Below the pieces are notes generated by a model. That model did no database searches. It saw only the letters and a list, made by a program, of their open reading frames with translations, and had not been told where the DNA came from. The position numbers and the translations under genes are program-made. Below, in pieces: positions 1 through 10,683 of a DNA stretch of 64,000 nucleotides (positions are counted from its first letter, which is position 1; each line of letters opens with the position of its first letter). Source of the DNA: a bacterium. GTDB lineage: Bacteria; SAR324; NAC60-12. The stretch is taken from the NCBI GenBank assembly GCA_965205865.1, contig CBDBHR010000025.1:96001-160000 (forward strand). Direction: 5' to 3'.

Positions 1-568
1 CGTCTTGGGGCAAATCCAACGCCGGTACATTCTTGTGGAAAAAAAAGACCGTATTATGCTGTTCGATCAACATGCGGCGTCGGAACAGGGCAACTATGTT
101 CTCTATTACGAGGAATTCCAAGTCGGTCGTATTCAAACAGAATCGTTCTTGGTGCCTCTTCTCATGGAACTCAGCCCACAAAATGCGATTTTACTGGAGC
201 AACATCTCTCCTTTTTTGAGAAATTGGGTTTTAACATCGACTCTTTTGGCAAGACGACTTATTCGATTCGCGGCATCCCCATGATTTTACCCAAGGCTGT
301 CTGTCAGGCGGCTATTTTATCGGTGTTGGAGGAATTGGTACTCTTCGGAAAAAGCAGGAGACCTGATGAGATAATCCAGCATATTCTCGAAAAAGTGGCC
401 TGCAATGCTGCCATTAAATCGGGAGAGGTACTAGAGATGGAGGTTATGCAGCAATTGGTTTTCGACTTGGAAAAAATGAATCCCCTGTCTTTCCGTCCTC
501 ATGGACGTCCGGTTGCGATAGAAATTTCCAAACAGGAACTGGAAAAACGTTTCAATCGTCCGATTTGA
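1..568 (+). CDS. mutL: DNA mismatch repair protein MutL, C-terminal domain (5' part outside window)
   Basis: GQ..YIL, DQHAAxE, ACxAAIKxG, xPHGRP and FxR motifs of MutL_C. Confidence 0.85.
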   Translation, partial: VLGQIQRRYILVEKKDRIMLFDQHAASEQGNYVLYYEEFQVGRIQTESFLVPLLMELSPQNAILLEQHLSFFEKLGFNIDSFGKTTYSIRGIPMILPKAVCQAAILSVLEELVLFGKSRRPDEIIQHILEKVACNAAIKSGEVLEMEVMQQLVFDLEKMNPLSFRPHGRPVAIEISKQELEKRFNRPI

Positions 569-667
569 TCAGAAATTCGTTTGTAGTTTTTCAAACGCGA
601 GCAACAATAAAAAGACGGGAGAAAGGATAGAGTGTGACGCCATCCTCCCCTTCCGGCATGTAAATAT

Positions 668-1210
668 TCAGTCGTCCAAATGTCCGGTTCCCTGCAGCGT
701 GTTGCAGTGCACCTGAAGGTTATGTGGATCAAGAAAGTATTTCTTCAACGCATATTCCACAGAACTGAAAGCCAGATTGTTCCAGTTAATTTCGTCCTCC
801 CGGCAAAGTTGCAATTCCAGGCTTTCAGGTCCGGGATAGAAGTCGAGATTCTTCAGATTTGCCAGGAAAAACATGTAGACCTGGTTGATATGCGGAATAC
901 TGGAAACCGTCAAAAGCCGAACAATTTCCACATCCGCATTGGCTTCCTCCCGGGTTTCCCGCAATGCCCCTTCCTCCACGGTTTCTTCATTTTCCAAAAA
1001 ACCTGCCGGCACCGTCCAATAGCCTTTCTGTGGCGCGATAGCACGCTTGCAGAGCAGGATCTTGTTTTCCCAGCGCGGCAAACAACCTGCGATGATATTC
1101 GGATTCTGATAATGGATACTGCCGCAAGCATCGCAGATGTAGCGCTCCCGGTTGTCATCCGGTGGGATGCCCAATCGGACGGGTGTTCCGCAGTGACTGC
1201 AATAATTCAT
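668..1210 (-). CDS. NUDIX hydrolase with N-terminal zinc ribbon
   Basis: CxxC..CxxC, YQNP and Nudix box [21 protein letters not shown]. Confidence 0.92.
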   Translation of the reverse strand: MNYCSHCGTPVRLGIPPDDNRERYICDACGSIHYQNPNIIAGCLPRWENKILLCKRAIAPQKGYWTVPAGFLENEETVEEGALRETREEANADVEIVRLLTVSSIPHINQVYMFFLANLKNLDFYPGPESLELQLCREDEINWNNLAFSSVEYALKKYFLDPHNLQVHCNTLQGTGHLDD

Positions 1211-1642
1211 CCAATGTCTCCTTTTGTGGATTGGGGCAAGGTTTCAATGGAATGAGGACAACTATTACTAACACGATTCCGACTAAATTCCAGCGAAAAA
1301 TTCTATCTCTTGGAGTAGCCTTCAATACTGTGGGAAATAGCGAGGTCCGCCTTGCGCTTTCCGTAACAGGGCGGTATGCGTATTAGTTTTCGTATATGAA
1401 CTCCTTGAAATGGAAACCAGCAAGCTGCTTACTCTCGCCTGCTTAAAAAATCTGCGGACAGGTGCCATTTGCCAGGTCATTTGCGTGGTTTTTACCAACC
1501 GAATCACCGGTGAATTCATTGCAATGGAAAAGAGAGACGCCGCAGAAGATTTGTTGATTGAAAGCGGATTGCAAACTTTCATGCATCTGATCCGTAAAGA
1601 TCGGCGACAGAAAGATTGAGAACCTGAAAGCATTGTAATACG

Positions 1643-2371
1643 ATGAGCCTACTTGATGGCAACGGTGTTCGATCCGGCAAACAGAGAATAGGGAAAGTTT
1701 TTATACTGATGCGTCTCAATGCCTTTGAAAAGACTATGAATCAGAGAATGATGCGGAATATACCGCAAAAACTGGCGCAGTCTGAAAAATACCTTAACCT
1801 CATTTGGGCAACGATTGCTTTGGGACTTGCTTATGAAACGTTTCAGGATATACGGATCACTGCGGATGCCAATTTGATCATCTGGTTTCTACTGCACAGT
1901 ACTGCTGCCGTATTGTTTTTTATCCGTCATCCTCCCCTTGCCTTTTCTACTTCCCCATTTGCCTATGGAGTTGCCCTCGCCTCCGTCAATTATTATCTCT
2001 TGTATGACTTCACCATCGTTTCTGCCGCACCGGTCGCTGTTGGAGAAATTCTGATATTTTCAGGCGGGGTGATGGGGCTGGTTTCCACCCTTTCCCTTGG
2101 CAAATGTTTTGGCATCCTTCCCGTTTATCGCGGAATTCGCACCAAAGCCGCCTACCAGTTGATACGGCATCCTATTTATGCCTCTTATATCTTGCTTGAT
2201 TCCGGGATCGTCATCGCTTATCCGTCGTGGGACAACGGATTGATCTTTTGCATTGCAATCATGTTGTTTGTTCTGCGAATTCGCTATGAAGAAGAGGTTT
2301 TGGAACAGGCCTCCGAATATCAGGCATATCAAAAGAAAGTGAAATTCAAGTTGATTCCATTGATCTATTGA
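1643..2371 (+). CDS. Isoprenylcysteine carboxylmethyltransferase/PEMT family membrane protein (true start probably further downstream)
   Basis: Hydrophobic helices, Y.LIRHPIY motif, RI.YEE..L and Y.AY...V..KLIP ending. Confidence 0.8.
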   Translation: MSLLDGNGVRSGKQRIGKVFILMRLNAFEKTMNQRMMRNIPQKLAQSEKYLNLIWATIALGLAYETFQDIRITADANLIIWFLLHSTAAVLFFIRHPPLAFSTSPFAYGVALASVNYYLLYDFTIVSAAPVAVGEILIFSGGVMGLVSTLSLGKCFGILPVYRGIRTKAAYQLIRHPIYASYILLDSGIVIAYPSWDNGLIFCIAIMLFVLRIRYEEEVLEQASEYQAYQKKVKFKLIPLIY

Positions 2372-2401
2372 CCACTCCCACTCTCCAAACAAGAATAAAA
2401 C

Positions 2402-2719
2402 ATGGCGCGTCTTATCTTCCATGGGATCCTCCATTTTCTCGTTCCGGGAATTGTTGCTCGTTTTGCCTTCAAAGCACGTTGGTTGAGGGCTTGGTTGATC
2501 ATGAGCAGCACGATGCTGGTCGATCTGGATCATCTTTTTGCCATTCCCGTATTTGATGCCAATCGCTGCAGTATCCTTGTCCATCCCTTGCATTCATACG
2601 AAGCCATTGCGCTTTATGGAGTCCTTTGTTTTGTCCCTCTTCTGCGTCTGCCTGCTTTGGGTTTGTTGATTCATATGGCACTGGATGGAGTGGATTGCAT
2701 ATGGATGCGCTTGGAATAG
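2402..2719 (+). CDS. DUF6122-like small membrane protein
   Basis: H..LHFLVP, MLVDLDHL.A.P.FD.NRCSI..HPLH and HM.LD..DC pattern. Confidence 0.75.
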   Translation: MARLIFHGILHFLVPGIVARFAFKARWLRAWLIMSSTMLVDLDHLFAIPVFDANRCSILVHPLHSYEAIALYGVLCFVPLLRLPALGLLIHMALDGVDCIWMRLE

Positions 2720-2878
2720 CCGCGTTTGAACAATCCTTTCTGTTCATATTTCCCTTGAATTTTTCAAATAAGTCGAGTAGTTCTGGCACAGTTTTCTTCA
2801 ACCTTGCCCCAAAGGCATTGCAAACCTTCGTTGCAACTAGTAGCAGTGATTGACTTGGCAAATGACAGAAAAGGTAAG

Positions 2879-3082
2879 ATGGCACGAGGTAAAGTGAAGT
2901 GGTATAACGCCAGAAAAGGATATGGGTTCATCGAACAAGAAGAAGGTGAAGATCTCTTTGTCCACCACTCGGAAATCGAGGGCAGACGTCTGGAATCCGG
3001 TGCAGTTGTAGAATTCGAAATCGGAGAAGGACGCAAAGGCCCTTGTGCTACTAAAGTGAAAGTTATCGATCTGAATTCTTGA
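2879..3082 (+). CDS. Cold-shock protein (Csp family)
   Basis: GKVKWYN, RNP1 KGYGFI, RNP2 LFVH; ATG at 2879 after AAGGT. Confidence 0.93.
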   Translation: MARGKVKWYNARKGYGFIEQEEGEDLFVHHSEIEGRRLESGAVVEFEIGEGRKGPCATKVKVIDLNS

Positions 3083-3274
3083 TGCCCCTCACCACGAGTT
3101 CATTTTTTAATTCACGTATTGCCTCTTTTCGGCGCACCGTGGCTATTGATTTGTTCGCCGTTCCAGGAGATTGTCGCGGAAAAAAATCCCGGTCTGAGCG
3201 CAAAATTATCCGGTTCTCTACCCCATATCAACCCCGTCCGCAAGCCAACTTATTCTGGAACATAATTGAAAAAA

Positions 3275-3826
3275 ATGTTTGAGATTCTGCCTCACAAAAC
3301 GAAAAAAACTTTGATCTTACTGGCTGTATTTTCAGGTACTGCCATTCTGATTAACCTGATCATTCTTAAAATATTCAATCAAAATAGTCCCTATAGAGCA
3401 GAGCATGGTTTGATTGGAATCATCATACTGATGGCATTCGTTTTCACCTTTGTAGGGGTCAATACGTCCCGGTCGAAAATTGTTTCATTATTTCTTCTCT
3501 CATTGATTCCCTGTTATTTTGGTACTGTTTTCCCCGACTTGGATATAACGTTCTTGGGCATTGGCGGTCATCGCAATCCCTTGTTCCATAGTGGATCGTT
3601 GTTTTTTGTTTTGCTCTTTTTTGCCAGGCGATTCCATTCATTCATGCTGGCGGCAGTCATTACGGCGTTCGGAATCGGTTTAGGTTCGCATTTAATATGG
3701 GATTTTTTCGATCATGCCGACGTTCGATGGATTCCGGGTGGCACTTTGGATCGTCTCTGGCTTAGCGTGAATGGGGTATTGTGTCTTGTTCTGGCAAAGG
3801 TATTTATGTCTTCACGATTTAAATAA
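3275..3826 (+). CDS. Membrane-bound metal-dependent hydrolase (YdjM-like)
   Basis: FPDLD, HR...FHS and SHL..D motifs among transmembrane helices. Confidence 0.7.
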   Translation: MFEILPHKTKKTLILLAVFSGTAILINLIILKIFNQNSPYRAEHGLIGIIILMAFVFTFVGVNTSRSKIVSLFLLSLIPCYFGTVFPDLDITFLGIGGHRNPLFHSGSLFFVLLFFARRFHSFMLAAVITAFGIGLGSHLIWDFFDHADVRWIPGGTLDRLWLSVNGVLCLVLAKVFMSSRFK

Positions 3827-3987
3827 CTCATGTCACCTCCAGTGTTCGCGGCAGGAAAAATCCCTCCCGATTCGAGGAAAGACACTAACCCGAATGAGCG
3901 TTGCGGCCGTACGAAACAAGATCAACAAATTGCTCGAAGCAGCCGGACGGCGCTTCTTCCCCACCGCCTAATCCAGCCCATCCTGCT

Positions 3988-4753
3988 TCAGTTTGCTGCC
4001 ATACCATCTCTATCCGGTGTGCTAATCTGGCCTGATTTTCTTCGATTGTAGTAAGCATCATTCACCGCCTTCTTTTCTGTATCATTTAACGTATCCCAGA
4101 TTTTCTCTCGCATGTACCAGGGGATTGGCCCCCGGGAATCCTGCCACCCCCAGGGATCGTCATAGTTGAGCAATTCCCGGAACCGGGCATCATTGCGGTC
4201 CAGAATTTCTTCACTGATGCGGCCGTGAAAGTTTTCCTGAAGCCGGTAATGCGGCCCGGCATAATGGCTAGTGACCGAGAGGCGCAGACCGGGAGTGAGC
4301 TTGGGAAACGCCCCATGCCAGACATTGCCATGAAATACCAGCACCGAACCGGCCGGAGCTTCTACGGGAATTGCATCCTCCACCCCTTCCCCGGGTTCGG
4401 GATGGCGGCAGTATTTGTGGGAGCCCGGAACAATGCATAAGGCTCCATTCTCTTTCCTGTAGTCGGTGAGAATCCAATTCGTATTGAAGACGTGCGGAAT
4501 TGCCGGCAGTGAGCTATACCCCGGATACATCCCCGAATCGGTGCGCATCCCCAGGTTTTCTCCATAACCGTCAGCATCCTGCCATTTGATGAAACAAGTG
4601 AGCGAGGACAAATGGCAATCCTCCCCGAGATAGTATTCCATCAGCGGTAACGTCATCGGGTGTTGGATAATCTCCTCGAAGACCCGGTCTTTCTCCAGAA
4701 ATGCAAAGAGCAGATGCTGACCGTTATTGCTGTGTTGCTGAATCATCAGGCAT
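3988..4753 (-). pseudogene. Phytanoyl-CoA dioxygenase (PhyH) family, copy 1: N-terminally deleted, HxD changed to RxD
   Basis: Near-identical to 9506-10498 but lacks about 80 N-terminal codons; the RBS-preceded ATG (4753) is out of frame; GMRTD replaces GLHDD. Confidence 0.8.
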
Positions 4754-5387
4754 GGGTCTTCTCCTTTTTATATAGGGTCATATCCCTAACCCAAACTCAA
4801 AGGCGGTGTGGGACGCAATGGCGGCACCTTGGTAAAGCTCTGAGTTCAATTTGGTGATAGGATGCCTTTCTAGAGAGAATCGTTTATTTTGAGAAAGTTT
4901 GTCTATTCTGTTAAATTTTTCTGCGGTGCCAGTCGTAAAGTTCAGGCTTGTGAGGAGAAAGAAAAACAAGTCGCGGTCTTCATCAGGGTCTCTTGTTTTT
5001 CACAAGAGGGCCAACGATCAAAATAAGCCTTGAACCTTTATGAGGCCTCAAAGAGGGTTAAAAATAGCTGCTTGTCTTTCGTTTTTTTTTTGATAGACTT
5101 CAAGAAATCGCCTTTGGCTGAAGGTTTTATTTCCTAGTATGGCAATTATGTCGGGAAATTAAGAAATATGAAAAAAAATTGCTTTTAATGACAAATCGGA
5201 TTATTTTAAAAAATACGTTTATTTTTTTCTTGATATGAAATATTCTCAAAGAGCCGCTATCGCAGAATAGCTTTTAGCCCTCTGCTGTCAGCTTTCAGTT
5301 GCTGAATTATATTGACTTTACAGGTTTTTTGTAAGTGAAAACGCGCTTCGCGGGCCGCTGTATCAGAGAAAAGATTGCCATAAATGT

Positions 5388-5416
5388 TTGACAACCATTT
5401 GCAAAGCGATTATAAA
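5388..5416 (+). promoter_or_regulatory. Sigma70-type promoter for ABC operon 1
   Basis: TTGACA-17 nt-TATAAA. Confidence 0.6.
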
Positions 5417-5666
5417 ATACTCTCTTCCGGGAATGGAAGGTCAATATTGCGATCCTTAGTATAGCCGCTTCCGGTAGACTAGAGCGACCGTACCATCATT
5501 CCAAATCTCAAGAACGGAAGGGCAATGAGAAATTTGGAATATCATCGACGCATGAGTGTGTCATTTTTTGTTCATTATTTTTTATATGGAGAATCCTATG
5601 TCGAAATCACTTAAGCAGAAAATGAATTTTTATTCCTTCAACCTGAATAAATATAAAGGAGGACGT

Positions 5667-7398
5667 ATGTCTTTAAAAAAACTGTTGATCATTTTTGCAG
5701 GGCTGACCCTGGTGGGGGCCTTGTCTCATGTGTATGCGCAATCCTAATGGGGGCTACATCACTGTTGCGGGACGGAATGTTTCCGCTTGTTGGCAGCCCG
5801 TCCATCTCAGTGTTTGTATTGAGAAATTTGGCCCCATCACTGATTTCCTGTTAGAGTCGGACTTAACAAAGGGGCCGCGAGGTACCGGTGAATTTACATT
5901 CGCTAACATGTCGAACTATTCAATCGATGGTTTAAGAGGCTCTTTGCTGGAATCCTGGGAACAGCCGACTGCCCAAAGTCTGGTTTTTAAGGTGCGTAAG
6001 GGCGTCCGTTTCCATAATAAACCCCCCGCAAACGGCCGAGAATTGAATGCTCGGGATATTGTACGCGATTGGGAAATCCTCACCGCCGATACCAGAGCCG
6101 GCGGCTTGTATGAAGCACACAAACGCATTAAGTGGACCGCCCGGGATGACTGGACGATTGATGTGGAGATGGTCGAACCGGATGTTCCCGGAATCTGGGC
6201 GCAGGATCTCTTGCTGATATCCATTCCGGCACCCGAATGGAAGGAGATCGAAGACAAAATGGATGATTGGCAGACGGTGAAAAACAGTGGGATCTTCACG
6301 GGCCCCTTTATGCTGGAGGATCATGTCGACTTGAGTGTGACCACCTACATAAAGAACCCGGACTATTGGGGGAAGGACGTCTTCAACACGGACGATCAAG
6401 TCCCCTACGTGGACGGCATGAGGATCGTAGATTTTGCTGATGCGGCGGCAAAAATGGCAGCCTTGCGCTCCGGCAAGCTGGACATCATCAGTATGTTTGG
6501 TCTTAGTGGCGAGGAAAAAGATGCGTTAGAGAAGACGAACCCTGAAATAAAATTTATCCCCGGCTTCGTCATGGGCCTCTTCACTTTTGTGAGGGCCGAT
6601 TTGGCGCCTTGGAACGATATCAGGGTCCGCTATGCGGCCCATATGGCCATCAACTACGAAGAAGTTCGTGACGATTTTTACAAAGGCAACGCTTGTTTCC
6701 CCAGTATGCCTCAAAATTGTTCGGTTGGGGAACGCCTGGGAATGGATTGGCTGAAGAAATACCGCCCTGACCTGGCCAAGCTCTTTGAGTATCACCCCGA
6801 TGAGGCCAAAAAACTGCTGGCCGAAGCGGGCCATCCCAATGGCTTTGACACCGAATTGATTGTCTCCCATGACTGGGTCGAACATTTCGAATTGATGGCC
6901 ACTTACCTGGAAGAAGTCGGCATTCGTGTCACTTTGAAGCCGGGGGAGCAAACCATGATGTATTCCAGCATTCACCCGGGACCGGAAGGGCCGGATGATA
7001 AAGTCTACACCGGCATGGGTGCTCATGACTCTGGGTGTAATAACCTCAGCTTGGCGTGTTTGTCCAAGTGGCACGGGGCAGACGCCCCGTTCTTCGGCGC
7101 AGGTTTTGTCAAAGGCACGATCCCGGACAATAAGATGCGGGCCTTGCAGAACGCCTATAATAGCGAGACGGACCCCATCGAGTCCAGGCGTATCTGGACC
7201 GAGTTGTATCTCCTGTGGTATGAACTGGCCTGGGGGATTAATTGGATGGGCGTGAATACGTATAACCACTGGCAGCCGTGGGTTCAAGGATATGAAGGTG
7301 CCGGCGGGTACGAATCGCCCCGACTGAACCTGGTCAAGTACTACTGGATTGACACAGACATGAAGAAGCAAATGAGCGGGCGCGACCCGAATGAGTAA
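5667..7398 (+). pseudogene. ABC transporter family 5 solute-binding protein 1, frameshifted right after the signal peptide
   Basis: TCCTAATGGG here versus TCCTATGGG in the paralog at 12890: +1 A creates TAA at 5745-5747. Confidence 0.85.
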
Positions 7399-7426
7399 AC
7401 TCGTCTAACCGCTCGATCCACACCAA

Positions 7427-7459
7427 GGGGTTGGATGGATCCATCCAACTCCTTTTTTT
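7427..7459 (+). terminator. Rho-independent terminator/stabilising hairpin between SBP and permease
   Basis: GGGGTTGGATGG-AT-CCATCCAACTCC followed by T7. Confidence 0.75.
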
Positions 7460-7484
7460 GTGTTAGTTCAAAAGAAAAAATACC

Positions 7485-8438
7485 GTGCAGACCTATATCC
7501 TCCGAAGATTCCTCCTGGTCATCCCCACCCTGCTTATAGTCTCGGTCTTGGTGTTCTTCAGCCTGCGCTTCATCCCAGGGGATGCCATCGACGTCATGGT
7601 CAGTCATCAGCGATTTGTTGCCGATGACGATGCCAGGGCCATGATCCGGAAACATCTGGGGTTGGATTTGCCCATCCATGTACAGTATGGGCGCTGGTTC
7701 AACGGGGTGCTACAAGGAGACCTGGGCAGATCCATGTGGACAGACGCGCCGGTCACCCGAATCCTCCTGGAGGCGCTGCCCGTCTCCCTGGAAGTGGGCC
7801 TCCTGGCCATTTTCTTTTCATTGATCATCGCCTTGCCTGTCGGCGTCTATTCCGGGATACGGCCTGACACGAAGATGGATCATCTCATTCGCAGCCTTGC
7901 CATTTTCTTCATCTGTGTGCCCAGCTTCTGGATCGGGACGATGGTCATGATCTATCCCTCCATCTGGTGGCGCTGGTCGCCCCCGATGTTCTATGTGCCT
8001 TTTCTTAAGGACCCCCTGGACAACCTGGCCATGGTGATCATTCCGGCTCTCATTCTGGGGATGTGGCTCTCCGGGATGACCATGCGCTTGATGCGCAACA
8101 CGATGCTGGAGGTGCTCCGAGCGGACTACGTCCGGACCGCTTGGGCCAAGGGGCTCCGGGAACGGGTGGTGGTGACGCGGCACGTGTTGAAGAATTCGCT
8201 GATCCCGGTGGTCACCATGGTCGGTCTGCAACTCCCCGTCTTGATTGGCGGGGCGGTGGTGGTGGAATACATCTTTGGCCTGCCCGGCATCGGCCGGCTG
8301 GTCGTCGACTCGATTAAGATTCGCGACTATCCCATCATTACCGGCGTCAACGTCTATGCGGCCATCTTTGTGTTAGTGATCAATATCATCATCGACCTCA
8401 GCTACGCCTGGCTCGACCCGCGGATTCGGTTTAAATAG
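7485..8438 (+). CDS. Opp/Dpp-type ABC permease B
   Basis: PGD, QYGRW, GDLG.S and EAA-like loop DYVRTAWAKGL. Confidence 0.95.
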   Translation: MQTYILRRFLLVIPTLLIVSVLVFFSLRFIPGDAIDVMVSHQRFVADDDARAMIRKHLGLDLPIHVQYGRWFNGVLQGDLGRSMWTDAPVTRILLEALPVSLEVGLLAIFFSLIIALPVGVYSGIRPDTKMDHLIRSLAIFFICVPSFWIGTMVMIYPSIWWRWSPPMFYVPFLKDPLDNLAMVIIPALILGMWLSGMTMRLMRNTMLEVLRADYVRTAWAKGLRERVVVTRHVLKNSLIPVVTMVGLQLPVLIGGAVVVEYIFGLPGIGRLVVDSIKIRDYPIITGVNVYAAIFVLVINIIIDLSYAWLDPRIRFK

Positions 8439-8477
8439 CTGTCAGCTTTCTGCTCTCAGTTTTCGCTTAGCACTGAA

Positions 8478-9419
8478 ATGTTAGTCACGAAAGAGTCAAC
8501 ATACAAAAGAAGAAAACCCATTCGGGAATTCCTATCCCGGCTGTTTCGGGAGAAACCCTTAGGGGCGCTGGGTGGGATCATCGTTCTGGTCTTTTTGTTC
8601 ATCGGTATTTTTGCCGACGCCCTCGCCACCCATGGCATGCTCCAGCGCAACCTGAAGCACCGGCTGGAAGGCCCCTCTGTCCAATTCCCCCTGGGGACTG
8701 ACCAAATGGGCCGGGATCAGTACAGCCGTCTGGTTCAGGGAGCTCGCATTTCGATGGTTGTCGGGTTGGCCAGTTGCGCGATCGCTCTGCTAATTGCCAC
8801 GACCTTCGGCTTGATCTCGGGATACTGGGGTGGCAAATTTGACCTCATCCTGCAGCGCTTTGTCGACGCCTGGTTGAGCCTCCCAGCATTGTTTATCCTC
8901 TTGACGGTGATGGCGCTGCTGGGGCCAGGCTTGATCCAGATGATCAGCGTGTTAGGGGCGTTTTGGGGGATTGCCAACATCCGGACGGTCCGCGGAGTGG
9001 TGCTGAGCGCCAAGGAGAATTTGTATGTCGAGGCGGCCCGGGCGACCGGAGCTCGTCCCCCACGCGTACTCTTGCGGCACATCCTGCCCCAGATTGTCGC
9101 GCCCATCATCACCGTGTTCACCGTGGCTCTCGGGGGCATCATCCTCGATGAGGCCACCATCAGCTTCCTCGGTTTCGGCATTCCGCCGCCCCAGCCCAGT
9201 TGGGGGGGCATGTTGAGTCTGGAAGGCCGCAAGTACATGGAAAGCCAGCCCCTGCTGGCCCTCTTTCCCGGCCTCTGCCTGGCCATCGTCGTCTATGGGG
9301 TCAACATGTTTGGCGACGCCTTGCGCGATCTGCTCGATCCCCGCCTGCGAGGTGCCGGACGCATGGGCAGCGCCAAGATTCCCCTGAGACGAACCCTCCT
9401 CATCAACCCTGACAATTAG
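8478..9419 (+). CDS. Opp/Dpp-type ABC permease C
   Basis: LGTD..GRD, YVEAARA.GA, SFLGFG.PPP.PSWG, GDALRDLLDPR. Confidence 0.95.
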   Translation: MLVTKESTYKRRKPIREFLSRLFREKPLGALGGIIVLVFLFIGIFADALATHGMLQRNLKHRLEGPSVQFPLGTDQMGRDQYSRLVQGARISMVVGLASCAIALLIATTFGLISGYWGGKFDLILQRFVDAWLSLPALFILLTVMALLGPGLIQMISVLGAFWGIANIRTVRGVVLSAKENLYVEAARATGARPPRVLLRHILPQIVAPIITVFTVALGGIILDEATISFLGFGIPPPQPSWGGMLSLEGRKYMESQPLLALFPGLCLAIVVYGVNMFGDALRDLLDPRLRGAGRMGSAKIPLRRTLLINPDN

Positions 9420-9505
9420 TAGGGACGGTGTTCATATACAAAAATCGTTTAATATGGATTTCAGGCAGAAGGGTATCACTACCGCCTAATCCAGCCCATC
9501 CTGCT

Positions 9506-10498
9506 TCAGTTTGCTGCCATACCATCTCTATCCGGTGTGCTAATCTGGCCTGATTTTCTTCGATTGTAGTAAGCATCATTCACCGCCTTCTTTTCTGTAT
9601 CATTTAACGTATCCCAGATTTTCTCACGCATGTACCAGGGGATTGGCCCCCGGGAATCCCGCCATCCCCAGGGATCGTCATAGTTGAGCAATTCCCGGAA
9701 TCGGGCATCATGGCGTGCCAGCATTTCTTCACTGATACGTCCGTGAAAGTCTTCCTGAAGCCGGTAATGCGGCCCGGCATAATGAGCATTGACCGAGAGG
9801 CGTAAACTGGGAGTGAGCTTAGGAAACGCCCCATGCCAGACATTGCCATGAAATGCCAGCACTGAACCGGCCGGAGCTTCTACGGGAATCGCGTCCTCCA
9901 CCCCTTCCCCGGGTTCGGGATGGCGGCAGTATTTGTGAGAACCGGGCACAATGCATAAGGCGCCATTCGCTTTTGTGTAGCCGGTGAGAATCCAATTGGT
10001 GTTGACGGTATGTGGAATCGCCGGCAGTGAGCTATACCCCGGATACATCCCCGTATCGTCGTGCAGCCCCAGGTTTTCTCCATAACCGACAGGATCCTGC
10101 CATTTGATGAAACAAGTGAACGAGGACAAATGGCAATCCTCTCCGAGATAGTATTCCATCAGCGGTAACGTCATCGGGTGTTGGATAATCTCCTCGAAGA
10201 CCTGGTCTTTCTCCAGAAACGCCCAGAGCAGATGCTGACTGTTATTGGTGCCTTGATTCATTTGTGTGCCATGGGCGCCTGTCTCGATGTCATATTTCGT
10301 TCCCGTATCTTCCTCGGCAATCCGGAGGATCGCTTCGCGCATACGCTCTAAAATGCGATCCCCTCCTATCTTTTCAGGAGGAATCACTGTCAAGCCATAG
10401 GCATCCAGTTCTTCCAGATGTTCTGTCAAGCCCCGCTCTTTGATCACGTGGTAGGCTGGGGGGATATGTTTCAATTTTGTCCAATTTTGAGTGGTCAT
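9506..10498 (-). CDS. Phytanoyl-CoA dioxygenase (PhyH) family Fe(II)/2OG dioxygenase, copy 2
   Basis: H-D-D motif, NGAL..VPGSH, distal WHG, RBS AGGAG. Confidence 0.92.
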   Translation of the reverse strand: MTTQNWTKLKHIPPAYHVIKERGLTEHLEELDAYGLTVIPPEKIGGDRILERMREAILRIAEEDTGTKYDIETGAHGTQMNQGTNNSQHLLWAFLEKDQVFEEIIQHPMTLPLMEYYLGEDCHLSSFTCFIKWQDPVGYGENLGLHDDTGMYPGYSSLPAIPHTVNTNWILTGYTKANGALCIVPGSHKYCRHPEPGEGVEDAIPVEAPAGSVLAFHGNVWHGAFPKLTPSLRLSVNAHYAGPHYRLQEDFHGRISEEMLARHDARFRELLNYDDPWGWRDSRGPIPWYMREKIWDTLNDTEKKAVNDAYYNRRKSGQISTPDRDGMAAN

Positions 10499-10683
10499 AG
10501 TAGGCTCCTTTCTAGTTTTATTTTAGTTGACCATAATTTTATACTCTTCTGGATATTAATTGCAAACAAAAAATTTGACATCATTTTGCTTTCAAATTAG
10601 GGGATATGTTTCAATTTTGTCCAATTTTGAGTGGTCATAGTAGGCTCCTTTCTAGTTTTATTTTAGTTGACCATAATTTTATA

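Noticed and set aside
680-1255. Long antisense ORFs here and opposite the SBP, permease, IS, ALDH and thiolase genes
   Set aside because: Shadows of well-supported genes on the other strand
1322-1633. Small ORFs 1410-1619 (+) and 1322-1633 (-)
   Set aside because: No motif or clear RBS; cannot choose between them
4778-4969. 63-aa ORF upstream of PhyH copy 1
   Set aside because: Possibly a gene tail but not assignable
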